Assembly: GCA_963851265.1 (NCBI GenBank)
Contig: CAWKNZ010000002.1
Location: 1,088,001-1,152,000 of the forward strand
Source: an uncultured Gemmatimonadales bacterium
GTDB taxonomy: Bacteria > Gemmatimonadota > Gemmatimonadetes > Gemmatimonadales > Gemmatimonadaceae
Length of the DNA: 64,000 nt
Direction: 5' to 3'
Shown: positions 9,341 through 19,568 of the stretch, in pieces
Layout of the letters: the number at the start of each line of letters is the position of its first letter
Numbering within the stretch: position 1 is the first letter of the stretch
Notes under the pieces: model-generated
Told to the model about the DNA's origin: nothing
The model's database searches: none
The model's input: the letters and a program-made list of their open reading frames with translations, nothing else
Translations under genes and position numbers: made by a program

Positions 9341-11261
9341 GCGCTGGCCCGCGGCGGCCGGCACGCTCGCGCGCACCTTCGGCGTGCGCGGAGCGGCGTT
9401 CCGCGCCGTGCACGAGCTACGGCGCGCCGCGAACCGGTTCCGCGCCGCGCCGCGACACCCGCTCGTGGTCGACCGGCTGCGCGCCGACGCGACCTTCCGC
9501 GTGGACGCGGCGCGCCTGGCCGCGGCCACCGACGCGGCGGCCGCGATCGCGCGCGGCGACCGCGTCCTCGCCGGCGAACACGAGGCGTACCGGTGGACGT
9601 GGATGCCGCTTCCGACCACTCCCGCCGCGTGGCTCCGGCATCCGCGCACCGCACACGTCCACCCGGGCCGCGCGCCCTGGTGGACGGTGGCGCACCTCGA
9701 CGCGTCGGCGGGCGACATCAAGGACGTGTGGGAGCCGGCGCGCTTCGGCTGGGTCTACGATCTCGTTCGGGCGTCGCTCGTCTCGGGGGACCCGCGGTAC
9801 TCGGCGGCGTTCATCCGCGAGTTCGAGCGTTGGGCGGCGAGCAGCCCGCCGTTCGCCGGACCGCACTGGTCGTGCGGCCAGGAGACCGCGATTCGTGCGG
9901 TCGCGCTGTTGTACGCCGAAGCGAACCTGCCACTCGCGCCCGACGCCGCGGCCGCGGTCCTCGCCACGCTCGCCGCGTCCGGGGAACGGATCAACGACGC
10001 GCTCGGCTACGCCGTCTCGCAGCGCAACAATCACGCGATCTCCGAGGCCGTAGGGCTGCTCGCGATCGGGGCGCGGTTGCGTGACGCACACCCCGAAGCG
10101 GCCCGGTGGGAGGCGCGGGGGCGTCGATGGTTCGCGCGGCTCGTGTCGGAGCAGTTCGCCGACGACGGGTGGTACGCCCAGCACTCGTTCACGTACCTGC
10201 GACTCGCGCTCGACCAGTGCATCGTCGGCGCACGGGTGCTTCGCGCGGCCAGCGGCGAGCTTCCCGACGTCGCCGTGCAGCGGCTACGCGCAGCCGTGGC
10301 GTTGCTGCTCGCCGTCGTTGAGCCCGAGTCGGGCGATGTGCCCAACTACGGCGCCAACGATGGTGCGTTCGTGCACCCGATCACGACGGCTGCCTATCGC
10401 GATTTCCGCCCCGTGATCACCGCCGCGTGCGCGACGTGGGACATTCCGCTCCCCGAGAACGTCGTGTGCGACGCCGAAGCGCTCGCCTGGCTCGGCCTCC
10501 CCGCGCCAAGCCCCGCCCCGCCGCTCGTCGACGGGGTGCAACACGGCGCGTCCGGCTGGGCGGCGGCGCGCGTCGGGAACACGCGCGTGTTCGTTCGCGC
10601 GGGCCGCTACGCGAGCCGGCCAAGCCACGTCGATCCGCTGCACGTCGACGTGCGGTTCGGGCGCGAGCCGGTGATCGTCGACGCCGGCACGTTCGCGTAC
10701 AACGCGGCGGCCCCGTGGCGGAATGGGCTCGTGACGGCGCACGTGCACAACGGCCCACTGCTCGATGAGCGCGAGCCGGGCGTACGCGGTCCGCGCTTTC
10801 TGTGGTACGCTTGGCCCGACGCGCGGTTGGCGGCGGTCGGGTGGTCCGGCGGCGTCGCGACCATCGTCGCCGAACGCGGCGGTGAGGTGCGGCGCACCAT
10901 TCGTGTGACGCCGGAGCGCGTCGAGATCGAGGATCACGTCGAGCCGGGTATCGCGGACGAAGTGGCCGTACGCTGGCTTCTTCACCCCGACGCGATCGAC
11001 TCGTCGCTCCACGTCGACATCCTCGAGCGCGAGGACGGTCCCGCGCAGACGGAGGTCGTCCGCGCGATCGAGGGCAGGGTGGATGGCTGGTACTCGCCGG
11101 CGTATGGGGTCCGCCAGCCGTCTCGGACCGTCGTCGTCCGGCGCGCCGCGCGACGCGGTGGCACACTGGTGACGACCATCTGCCCGCGCGATGGCCGGCC
11201 AGGTGGTACATCGTCCAGTGTCCCGGCCGCCGAACGCCTCCTCGCCATCGCACCCGCATGA
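9327..11261 (+). CDS. Heparinase II/III-like protein
   Basis: DIKDVWEPARF, NNHAISEA, QHSFTY, PNYGANDG, HVDPLH, DAGTFAYN, HN motifs. Confidence 0.85.
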   Translation: MLPVRRWPAAAGTLARTFGVRGAAFRAVHELRRAANRFRAAPRHPLVVDRLRADATFRVDAARLAAATDAAAAIARGDRVLAGEHEAYRWTWMPLPTTPAAWLRHPRTAHVHPGRAPWWTVAHLDASAGDIKDVWEPARFGWVYDLVRASLVSGDPRYSAAFIREFERWAASSPPFAGPHWSCGQETAIRAVALLYAEANLPLAPDAAAAVLATLAASGERINDALGYAVSQRNNHAISEAVGLLAIGARLRDAHPEAARWEARGRRWFARLVSEQFADDGWYAQHSFTYLRLALDQCIVGARVLRAASGELPDVAVQRLRAAVALLLAVVEPESGDVPNYGANDGAFVHPITTAAYRDFRPVITAACATWDIPLPENVVCDAEALAWLGLPAPSPAPPLVDGVQHGASGWAAARVGNTRVFVRAGRYASRPSHVDPLHVDVRFGREPVIVDAGTFAYNAAAPWRNGLVTAHVHNGPLLDEREPGVRGPRFLWYAWPDARLAAVGWSGGVATIVAERGGEVRRTIRVTPERVEIEDHVEPGIADEVAVRWLLHPDAIDSSLHVDILEREDGPAQTEVVRAIEGRVDGWYSPAYGVRQPSRTVVVRRAARRGGTLVTTICPRDGRPGGTSSSVPAAERLLAIAPA

Positions 11262-13420
11262 AGCAGTTGCTGCAACAGCTCGACACGGGGGTGACCCGGC
11301 TCGTCGACGTCCCCGCGCCGAGTGCCGGCTCCGCCGCGCTCGTCGTCGAGACACGGGCGACGGTCGTCTCGGCAGGCACGGAGCGCATGCTCGTCGAGTT
11401 CGGTCGCGCCAACCTGCTCGACAAGGCGCGCCAGCAACCCGATAAGGTCCGTCAGGTGCTCGACAAGGTGCGCACGGACGGGCTCGCGCCGACGCTCGAG
11501 GCGGTACGCGCCAAGCTGGATGCGCCCATCCCGTTAGGCTACTGCCACGCCGGGGTGGTCGTCGAGGCCGGCGACGGCGTGCGCCAGTTCCGGCGCGGCG
11601 ACCGCGTCGTGACCAACGGCGCGCACGCCGAGTACGTGCGCGTGCCGCAGACGCTCGCGGCCCGCATCCCCGACGCGGTCGGCTTCGAGACGGCGGCGTT
11701 CACCCCACTCGCCGCCATCGGCCTGCAGGGAGTGCGGCTCGCCGCCCCCACGCTCGGCGAGACCGTCGTGGTCTACGGGCTCGGTCTCATCGGCCTGCTC
11801 ACCGTGCAGTTGCTCCGCGCGAACGGGTGCCGCGTGATCGGGATCGACCGCGACGCCGCGCGCCTCGCTCTCGCCGAGCGCTTCGGAGCGACGGTGATCG
11901 ACGGCGGGGCGGGGGTGGCCGCGGAGCACGTGCTCGCGCATACGCGTGGCGTGGGAGCGGACGCCGTGTTGCTCACACTCGCATCGCAATCGGACGAGCC
12001 GGCACACGACGCCGCCGTGATGAGCCGCAAGCGCGGCCGGATCGTGCTCGTCGGCGTGACGGGACTCCACCTGCGACGCGACGACTTCTACCGCAAGGAG
12101 CTTTCGTTCGCGGTGTCGTGTAGCTACGGACCGGGCCGCTACGACCCCGAGTACGAGGAGGCCGGGCGCGACTATCCGCTCGCCTTCGTGCGGTGGACCG
12201 AACAGCGGAACTTCGACGCGGTCCTCGCGCTCATGGCACAGGGAGCCGTCGATCCGCTCCCGCTCGTCACGCACCGCGTCGCATTCGACGACGCGCCCGC
12301 CGCGTACGACGTGATTGCGGGCGGAACTCCGAGCCTGGGCGTCGTGCTCCAGTATCCCGACCGCGGTGGCGAGCGCCCGACGGCCGCCGCGCGACTCGTC
12401 GCCACACCCGGCGCGGGCGCGGCCGGGCGCGCCCGCAAGCCGACACCGGGAGTGGTCGGCGTGATTGGGGCAGGCAATTTCGCGGTTCGCACCCTGCTGC
12501 CCGCGTTACAGGCGACCGGTGCGCGTCTACAGACCATCGTATCGTCGGGCGGAACGACCGGTGCGATTGCGGCTCAGAAGTTTGGCTTCGCGCAGACGAG
12601 CAGCGACGTCGATGACGTCCTCAACGACAGCGTCGTCGACACCGTGTTCGTGCTCACTCGACACGATTCGCACGCGCGGCTCGCCGAGCGCGCGCTCGGC
12701 GCGGGTAAGCACGTGTTCGTCGAGAAGCCGCTCGCGCTGACCGAGGACGCGCTCGAGCGCGTGCGCGAGGCGCAAGCGGCATCGGGCCGACTGCTCACGG
12801 TCGGCTTCAACCGCCGGTTCGCGCCGCTGACGCGGGAAGTTCGTGCGCTTCTGCGCGGCCGCGCGGGACCGGTGTCGGTGATCGCGACCGTGAATGCGGG
12901 CGCGATCCCGCGCGATCATTGGACGCAGGACCCGGAGGCGGGTGGCGGCCGCATCGTCGGTGAGGCGTGCCACTTCATCGACCTCTGCCGCGCGCTGGTC
13001 GGCTCACCGATCCGCGAACTCCAGGTCGCCACGGCGCGCGATGCCGCCGGCCGGCCGATCGACGACATCGCGCACCTGTCGCTCGGCTTCGACGACGGAT
13101 CCACGGCGGCGGTGCACTACCTCGCGACCGGGGCACGCGCGTTCCCGAAGGAGCGGATCGAGTGCTTCTGGGATGGGAAGACGGCCGCAATCGACAACTG
13201 GCGTCGCGTGCACCGGTACGGCGTACCCGGCCCGATGTGGGAGCGATCGCGGGCGATGGACAAGGGCCACGCAGAGGAGCTGCGGCGCTGGATGGCAGCC
13301 GTGCGGGGTGAGGGCGCGCTTCCGATTCCGCTCGACGAGCTGTTCGAAGTCTCGCGCTGGTCGGCGTACGCGGGACGCGTCGCACGCGCGGGCGACGCCG
13401 GCGGCGCGCCTGCGTGTTGA
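11258..13420 (+). CDS. Bi-domain oxidoreductase (Zn-binding dehydrogenase + Gfo/Idh/MocA)
   Basis: SAGTERML, GLGLIG, SYGPGRYD, RWTEQRN, GAGNF, HVFVEKP, GFNRRF, GEACHFID. Confidence 0.93.
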   Translation: MKQLLQQLDTGVTRLVDVPAPSAGSAALVVETRATVVSAGTERMLVEFGRANLLDKARQQPDKVRQVLDKVRTDGLAPTLEAVRAKLDAPIPLGYCHAGVVVEAGDGVRQFRRGDRVVTNGAHAEYVRVPQTLAARIPDAVGFETAAFTPLAAIGLQGVRLAAPTLGETVVVYGLGLIGLLTVQLLRANGCRVIGIDRDAARLALAERFGATVIDGGAGVAAEHVLAHTRGVGADAVLLTLASQSDEPAHDAAVMSRKRGRIVLVGVTGLHLRRDDFYRKELSFAVSCSYGPGRYDPEYEEAGRDYPLAFVRWTEQRNFDAVLALMAQGAVDPLPLVTHRVAFDDAPAAYDVIAGGTPSLGVVLQYPDRGGERPTAAARLVATPGAGAAGRARKPTPGVVGVIGAGNFAVRTLLPALQATGARLQTIVSSGGTTGAIAAQKFGFAQTSSDVDDVLNDSVVDTVFVLTRHDSHARLAERALGAGKHVFVEKPLALTEDALERVREAQAASGRLLTVGFNRRFAPLTREVRALLRGRAGPVSVIATVNAGAIPRDHWTQDPEAGGGRIVGEACHFIDLCRALVGSPIRELQVATARDAAGRPIDDIAHLSLGFDDGSTAAVHYLATGARAFPKERIECFWDGKTAAIDNWRRVHRYGVPGPMWERSRAMDKGHAEELRRWMAAVRGEGALPIPLDELFEVSRWSAYAGRVARAGDAGGAPAC

Positions 13421-14058
13421 AGCGGATCGTCGACGTCGTCGGCGCTGCACTGGGACTGGTCCTGCTGTCGCCCGTGATGCTCGGCGTTGCTCTCGTCGTC
13501 GCACGGCGAATCGGACGCCCCGTGCTGTTTCAGCAGACGCGTCCGGGGCTGCACGGTCGGCCGTTCACGATCTACAAGTTCCGCACGATGCGGGACGCGG
13601 TTGGCACCGACGGCCAGCCGCTGTCCGACGCCGAGCGCATGACGTCGCTCGGCCGGATCCTGCGCGGCGCGAGTCTGGACGAGCTGCCCGAGCTGTACAA
13701 CGTGCTACGAGGCGAGATGAGCCTCGTCGGCCCGCGCCCCCTTCTGATGCAGTACTTGCCGCTGTACACGCCGAGGCAGGCTCGGCGCCACGAGGTGCGG
13801 CCAGGGATCACCGGTTGGGCGCAGGTAAACGGCCGCAATGCGATCACGTGGGAAGACAAATTCGAGCGCGATGTGTGGTATGTGGAGCACCACTCCGTCG
13901 CGTTGGACCTGCGTATACTCCTTCTGACCGTCGCCCGGGTGTTCTCGCGCCACGGTGTGAGCGCAGCGGGAGAGGCGACGATCACGCCGTTCACGGGCTC
14001 TCACGCAGTGGTCGCTCCGGAGCCCGTTCGGCGGCAGCACGAACCGTCCCCTACGTAG
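13414..14058 (+). CDS. Phosphoglycosyl transferase (PglC-like sugar transferase)
   Basis: KFRTM, SLDELPEL, GEMSLVGPRP, RPGITGWAQVNGRN. Confidence 0.95.
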   Translation: MLKRIVDVVGAALGLVLLSPVMLGVALVVARRIGRPVLFQQTRPGLHGRPFTIYKFRTMRDAVGTDGQPLSDAERMTSLGRILRGASLDELPELYNVLRGEMSLVGPRPLLMQYLPLYTPRQARRHEVRPGITGWAQVNGRNAITWEDKFERDVWYVEHHSVALDLRILLLTVARVFSRHGVSAAGEATITPFTGSHAVVAPEPVRRQHEPSPT

Positions 14059-14181
14059 GCGCACAACTTCCGCTCGCGGCATGTTGATCGTCCGCATGGC
14101 GACGCCCAGCGGCGTCCGCGCCCGCCTCGGCTTCGGATCGCGCCCGGGCGCGATCTCGATATTCGACAGCGCCGCGCCGGC

Positions 14182-14883
14182 ATGACGGAATTCGAGTTCG
14201 CCGCATCGCCGCTTCGCGCCCGGACGCGTCGGCTGCTGATCTGGGGTGCCGGCGGTCACGGCCGAGTCGTCGCCGATCTCGCGCGCGCACTCGGCTACAC
14301 GATCGTCGGGTACATCGACCGCGACGAGGCAAGAGTCGGAGACGCCGTCGAGCCCGGCGGGGCGCGCGTCGTGATCGGCGAGCGCGCGTTCGTCGAGGCC
14401 GTTGCGGCTGGTGCGGAGTACCCCGGGCACGACGCGGACGTCGCCGTCGCGATCGGCGACAACGCCGTCCGTCTCGCCTGCGTCGCATCGCTCGGTGCGC
14501 ACCACGTTCCGGCGCTCGTCCATCCGACGGCCGTGTGCAGCGATTCGGCGACCGTCGGTGCTGGAACGGTGGTGCTTCCGCGCGCGGTCGTGAACGCCGC
14601 CGCGCGCGTCGGAGCGGCGGTGATCGTGAACTCCGGCGCCATTGTCGAGCACGACTGCACGGTCGGCGACGGCGCTCACCTCTCGCCCGGGTCGATCCTC
14701 ACGGGCGGGGTGCGTGTGGGTGCGCGCGCGTGGGTCGGCGCCGGCGCGACCGTCATCCCGCTCGTCACGGTGGGGGACGACGCGGTCGTCGGCGCAGGCG
14801 CGGTAGTGATCCGCGACGTTCCGCCCGGTGCCACGGTCGTGGGGAACCCCGCCCGCGTGCTCACGCCGAAGCGGCGCGCGTAG
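14182..14883 (+). CDS. PglD/NeuD-family sugar acetyltransferase
   Basis: GAGGHG, AIGDN, VEHDC, hexapeptide repeats, GNPAR. Confidence 0.92.
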   Translation: MTEFEFAASPLRARTRRLLIWGAGGHGRVVADLARALGYTIVGYIDRDEARVGDAVEPGGARVVIGERAFVEAVAAGAEYPGHDADVAVAIGDNAVRLACVASLGAHHVPALVHPTAVCSDSATVGAGTVVLPRAVVNAAARVGAAVIVNSGAIVEHDCTVGDGAHLSPGSILTGGVRVGARAWVGAGATVIPLVTVGDDAVVGAGAVVIRDVPPGATVVGNPARVLTPKRRA

Positions 14884-14918
14884 CGCCGGAAGGCGCCACG
14901 CGCGAGCGCGGCGGCGTC

Positions 14919-16241
14919 TCAGTCGCCGCGTGCCCCGGGGACCTGGCGGCCGATGGAGGCGTAGCGGAAGCCTAGTGCGGCCATGCGCGCCGGATCGTAG
15001 AGATTACGGCCATCGATGATCACGGGCTGCCGCAGACCGGCCTTGATCCGGGCGAAGTCGGGGTTCCGGTACTCACTCCAATCCGTGACGATCACGAGCG
15101 CGTCGGCGCCGTGCGCCGCGTCGTAGTTCGTCTCGGCGTACTCGATGCGGTCGCCCAGCCGGCGTCGCGCCTCCTTGATGGCCTCGGGGTCGTGGGCGAC
15201 GACGGACGCACCGCGCGCGAGTACGCCTTCGATGAGCGTGAGCGATGGAGCCTCGCGCATGTCGTCGGTCCGCGGCTTGAACGCGAGGCCCCAGACCGCG
15301 ATCCGGCGCCCTTCGAGTGGGCCGTCGAGCTCGGCCGCGAGCTTCTCGAGCAGCCGCGTCTTCTGGCGGTCGTTGGCCGCCTCGACGGCCTCGAGAACCT
15401 GCAGCGGCGATCCGGCATCGTGTGCGGTGCGCACGAGCGCCTGCACGTCCTTCGGGAAGCACGACCCGCCGTAGCCGGGTCCCGGGAACAGGAACGACCG
15501 GCCGATGCGGGAGTCCGTTCCGATCCCCTCGCGCACGAGGTCGACGTTCGCGCCGACCTGATCGCAAAGGTTGGCGATCTCGTTCATGAACGAGATGCGC
15601 GTCGCGAGCATCGCATTGGCCGCGTACTTCGTCATCTCCGCGGACGGGATGTCCATGAAGATGATCGGGTTGCCGGTCCGGACGAACGGCGCGTAGAGCG
15701 TCGCCATCACGCTCCGCGCGAAGTCGCTGTCGACGCCGAGCACGACGCGGTCCGGCTTCATGAAGTCGTCGACCGCCGCGCCCTCCTTCAGGAACTCGGG
15801 GTTGCTGCATACGTGGAACGGCACGCTCGAGTGCCGCGCCACCGCGGCGCGCACCTTGGCCGCGGTCCCGACGGGGACGGTGGACTTGGTGACGATCACC
15901 GCCTCGCGCGTGAGGCGGCGTCCGACCGTGTCGGCCACGGCCAGCACGTGCCGCAGGTCGGCCGAGCCGTCCTCGTCGGGTGGCGTGCCGACCGCGATGA
16001 AGACCACCTCCGCGTGCTCGACCGCGGCGCCCACGTCGGTGGTGAACGCGAGTCGCTTCTGCACCTGGTTGCGCTCGACGAGCGCGTCCAGGCCCGGCTC
16101 GTAGATCGGGAGGACGTTGTTCCGGAGTCCCTCGATCTTGGCGACGTCGAGGTCGGCGCAGACGATGTCGTTGCCGGTTTCCGCGAGGCAGGCGCCGACC
16201 ACGAGTCCGACGTAGCCGGTGCCGATGACAGAAATCTTCAC
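14919..16241 (-). CDS. ugd: UDP-glucose/GDP-mannose dehydrogenase
   Basis: GTG start MKISVIGTGYVGL, KSTVPVGT, SNPEFLKEG, GYGGSCFPKD, GLAFKP. Confidence 0.95.
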   Translation of the reverse strand: MKISVIGTGYVGLVVGACLAETGNDIVCADLDVAKIEGLRNNVLPIYEPGLDALVERNQVQKRLAFTTDVGAAVEHAEVVFIAVGTPPDEDGSADLRHVLAVADTVGRRLTREAVIVTKSTVPVGTAAKVRAAVARHSSVPFHVCSNPEFLKEGAAVDDFMKPDRVVLGVDSDFARSVMATLYAPFVRTGNPIIFMDIPSAEMTKYAANAMLATRISFMNEIANLCDQVGANVDLVREGIGTDSRIGRSFLFPGPGYGGSCFPKDVQALVRTAHDAGSPLQVLEAVEAANDRQKTRLLEKLAAELDGPLEGRRIAVWGLAFKPRTDDMREAPSLTLIEGVLARGASVVAHDPEAIKEARRRLGDRIEYAETNYDAAHGADALVIVTDWSEYRNPDFARIKAGLRQPVIIDGRNLYDPARMAALGFRYASIGRQVPGARGD

Positions 16242-16291
16242 GTTAGGAGGAGCGGGGGTGGCGGGGTGGGGGCGACGAGACGCGCCGATGG

Positions 16292-17449
16292 TCAGACGGC
16301 GGCGGGGTGGAGCTCCGCGGCGCCTAACGTAGCCCTGACGGCCGCGGTGACGCGTGCTTGGTCCCGAGCGGTGAGTGACGACGACGACGGTAGGCACACG
16401 CCGGTGCGGTACAGGCGCTCGGCGACGCCGCCGCCGATCACGCCGCAGCCTTCGAACATCGGCTGCATGTGCATCGGGCGCCAGACGGGGCGCGCCTCGA
16501 TGTCGTCGGCCCCCAGTCGCGCGACGAGCGCGGTCGGCGTCGCCGCCGCGACGTCGGGGTCGAGGAACATGACCGTGAGCCATCGCGAGTGCGTGCCCCA
16601 GGCGGCCTCGCGCTGGAACTCGACGCCGGGCAGCGAGCCGAGCGCGTCGCGGTAGCGTTCGAACACGGCTCGGCGCTGGGCGACGCGCTCGGCGAGCACG
16701 GTGATCTGCCCGCGCCCGATCCCGGCGAGGACGTTGCTCAGCCGGTAGTTGTAGCCGAGCTCCGCGTGCAGGTACTCGACCGCCGGCTCGCGCGACTGGT
16801 TGGCCCACTTGCGCATGCGCGCGAGGGCGTCGGCGTCGCGCGTGACGACCATCCCGCCGCCGGTGGTCGTGATGATCTTGTTGCCGTTGAAGCTCAGGAT
16901 GGCGTAGTCGGCGGTGGTCGCGGTCGGGCGGCCGCCGTACGTCGCGCCGAGCGACTCGGCCGCGTCCTCGACGAGGGTCACGCCGTACTCGGCGCACGCG
17001 TGCGCGATCGCGTCGACGTCGGCGTGTTGGCCGTACAGGTGCACCGCGACGAGCGCCTTCGGCAGCGCGCCGCGCCGCGCCGCGTCGCGCAGGTACTCCG
17101 CGACGAGATCCGCAGAGACGTTGCCCGACTCGGCCTCGCTGTCGACGAATACCGGCGTCGCGCCGAGGTACAGGATGGGCCACACGGAGCCCGCGAACGT
17201 GAGCGACGAAACGGCGACCCGGTCGCCCGGGCCGACGCCGACGGCGCGCAGCACGAGGTGTAAGGCCGCCGTGCCGCTCGCAGTCGCCAGGGTGCGCACG
17301 CCGTGGCCTAACGCAGAGGCGACGTCGGCTTCGAAGCCGTCGAGGCTGGGCCCGGTCGATGACAGCCAGTTCGTGCGGAACGCCTCGTCCACGAACGAGC
17401 GCTCGAGGCCGCTCATGTGTGGGACGGAGAGGTAGATGCGATCGGACAT
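16292..17449 (-). CDS. DegT/DnrJ/EryC1/StrS aminotransferase (PglE-like)
   Basis: SGTAALHL, VHLYGQ, EDAAESLG, SFNGNKIITTTGGG, GYNYRLSN, CLPS. Confidence 0.95.
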   Translation of the reverse strand: MSDRIYLSVPHMSGLERSFVDEAFRTNWLSSTGPSLDGFEADVASALGHGVRTLATASGTAALHLVLRAVGVGPGDRVAVSSLTFAGSVWPILYLGATPVFVDSEAESGNVSADLVAEYLRDAARRGALPKALVAVHLYGQHADVDAIAHACAEYGVTLVEDAAESLGATYGGRPTATTADYAILSFNGNKIITTTGGGMVVTRDADALARMRKWANQSREPAVEYLHAELGYNYRLSNVLAGIGRGQITVLAERVAQRRAVFERYRDALGSLPGVEFQREAAWGTHSRWLTVMFLDPDVAAATPTALVARLGADDIEARPVWRPMHMQPMFEGCGVIGGGVAERLYRTGVCLPSSSSLTARDQARVTAAVRATLGAAELHPAAV

Positions 17450-17628
17450 GACTGGCGGGACGGCGCGCGAACCGGGGCCGACCCGTCGCCCCCGCCCCAG
17501 GGCGGTCGCGCGGGCCGCGAAACCGACTCGTTATACTTCGCGGGCTAACACGTTAACCTTGTTCGGGTTACCTGCGCCACGGTCGAGTACGTGATGGTCC
17601 GTCGGCGCGGCCTCGCGACTCCCCCCGC

Positions 17629-19533
17629 ATGCTCCAGATCCGGAACCGCCACCTGATGACGGCCGACGCGCTGCTACTCGGCGCGGCAGCGGCGCTCGCG
17701 TTCGTGGCGCGATTCGAGACGTGGTCGCTGCCGCGGGGTGTGGCCGTCGTGCTTGGCGTGTATCTCGGCGTGGCGATGCCGCTACGGCTGCTCGCGTTCG
17801 TGCGGCTCGGGCTGTACTCGCGGCTCTGGCGGTACGCCGGCCCTGCAGACCTCAGGTCCCTCGTCGCCGCCGCGGCCACGTCCGTCGTGATCTGCACCGG
17901 CACCGGGCTGCTGCTCCCGATCACGGGGCTCGCACGGGTGCCATACGGTGTTCTCGCCCTCGACGGCCTGTTGAGCGCGCTCTTCCTCGCGCTGCCTCGC
18001 GTCGCACTCCGGATGCACGCGCCGAGCGCGCCGCGGCCGCGTGCCAACACGAGGCGCGTGCTCGTCGTCGGCGCCGGCTCGGCGGGCTCGTTCATGGTGC
18101 GCGAGCTACGCGCCCATCCGCAATTGCACCTGACGCCGGTCGCGTTCGTCGACGACGACCCATACAAGGCGCACCGCACGCTCCAGGGCGTTCCCGTGGT
18201 GGGACGCGTGGACGAGATTCCCGGCATCGCGCGGCAATTCGAGATCGATGAGATCGTCATCGCGATGCCCTCGGCGCCCGGCGCGGCGCTGCGGCGCGTG
18301 ATGCAGGCCGCCGCCGACGCGGGCGTACCGGCGCGCACCGTCCCGGGGATGTTCGAACTCATCTCCGGCGCGAAGTCGGTCAGCGCGCTGCGCAAGGTCG
18401 CGATCGAAGACCTGCTCCGCCGGGCGCCGATCAAGACCGATCTCGCGCGCGTTCGCAGCCTCGCCCAGGGAAAGACCGTGCTCGTCACCGGCGCCGGCGG
18501 GTCGATCGGGTCGGAGCTCTGTCGGCAGATCGCGCAACTCGGTCCGAGTCGCATCGTCGCCGTTGGACGTGGCGAGAATTCGGTGTTCGAGCTGCTACAG
18601 GAGTTCACGCGCACGTTTCCCAACGTTCCCGTCCACCCGGTCATCGCCGACGTGCGCGACCGGACGCGACTGGAACCCGTGTTCGACGCGTTCGAGCCGG
18701 CGACGGTGTTTCACGCCGCCGCGCACAAACACGTCCCGCTCATGGAGCAGAACGTGTCGGAAGCGGTGCTCAACAACGTGCTCGGCACGCACGTGCTCGC
18801 CGAACTCGCGGCCCGTCACGGCACGGAGCGGTTCGTGCTCGTCTCGAGCGACAAGGCCGTGCGTCCGTCGAGCGTGATGGGCGCCACCAAGCGCATCGCG
18901 GAGGGCGTGCTGCAGGACGTCGGACGCGACGGCACGTGCCGCTTCGTCTCGGTGCGTTTCGGCAACGTGCTGGGGAGCCGCGGAAGCGTGATCCCGACGT
19001 TCATGCGCCAGATCGCCGCGGGCGGCCCGGTCACGATCACGCACCCCGAGATGACGCGCTACTTCATGACGATCCCCGAGGCCGTCCAACTGGTGCTCCA
19101 GGCGGGCGCGATGGGCACCGGGGGCGAGGTCTTCGCACTCGACATGGGCGAGCCGATCCGCGTGATCGACCTCGCGCGCGACCTCATCCGGCTTTCGGGA
19201 GTGAGCGAGCAGGACATCGAGATTCGCTTCACAGGGATGCGGCCGGGTGAGAAGCTCTACGAGGAGGTGTTCTTCGACGAGGAGAACGCTTCGCCGACGG
19301 AGCACCCCAAGGTCCTCCGCGCACGGAACGCCGAACTGCACATCGCTCGGCAGGGCTCGCTCTCCGCGCTCATCACGCTCGCCCGCCGTAACGGCGACGC
19401 CGACGAGATCCGGCGCGCCATCAAACAGTTGGTGCCCGAATACACCGGCGCGGCGAGCGAGAAGATCACCCAGACGCCGAGCACGGCGCACCAACCGGAC
19501 GCGAGCTTGATCGGGCTCGCCGCCGCGAGCTGA
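17629..19533 (+). CDS. PglF/CapD-type UDP-GlcNAc 4,6-dehydratase
   Basis: N-terminal TMs, VTGAGGSIGSEL, HAAAHKHVP, MGATKR, RFGNVLGSRGSV, TRYFMTIPEA, RPGEKLYEE. Confidence 0.95.
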   Translation: MLQIRNRHLMTADALLLGAAAALAFVARFETWSLPRGVAVVLGVYLGVAMPLRLLAFVRLGLYSRLWRYAGPADLRSLVAAAATSVVICTGTGLLLPITGLARVPYGVLALDGLLSALFLALPRVALRMHAPSAPRPRANTRRVLVVGAGSAGSFMVRELRAHPQLHLTPVAFVDDDPYKAHRTLQGVPVVGRVDEIPGIARQFEIDEIVIAMPSAPGAALRRVMQAAADAGVPARTVPGMFELISGAKSVSALRKVAIEDLLRRAPIKTDLARVRSLAQGKTVLVTGAGGSIGSELCRQIAQLGPSRIVAVGRGENSVFELLQEFTRTFPNVPVHPVIADVRDRTRLEPVFDAFEPATVFHAAAHKHVPLMEQNVSEAVLNNVLGTHVLAELAARHGTERFVLVSSDKAVRPSSVMGATKRIAEGVLQDVGRDGTCRFVSVRFGNVLGSRGSVIPTFMRQIAAGGPVTITHPEMTRYFMTIPEAVQLVLQAGAMGTGGEVFALDMGEPIRVIDLARDLIRLSGVSEQDIEIRFTGMRPGEKLYEEVFFDEENASPTEHPKVLRARNAELHIARQGSLSALITLARRNGDADEIRRAIKQLVPEYTGAASEKITQTPSTAHQPDASLIGLAAAS

Positions 19534-19568
19534 CGGCGCCCCCGGCCGCCGCCCTGTCCGCCGGCGAT

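Noticed and set aside
16246..16273. G-quadruplex upstream of ugd
   Set aside because: Only three tracts of three or more G.
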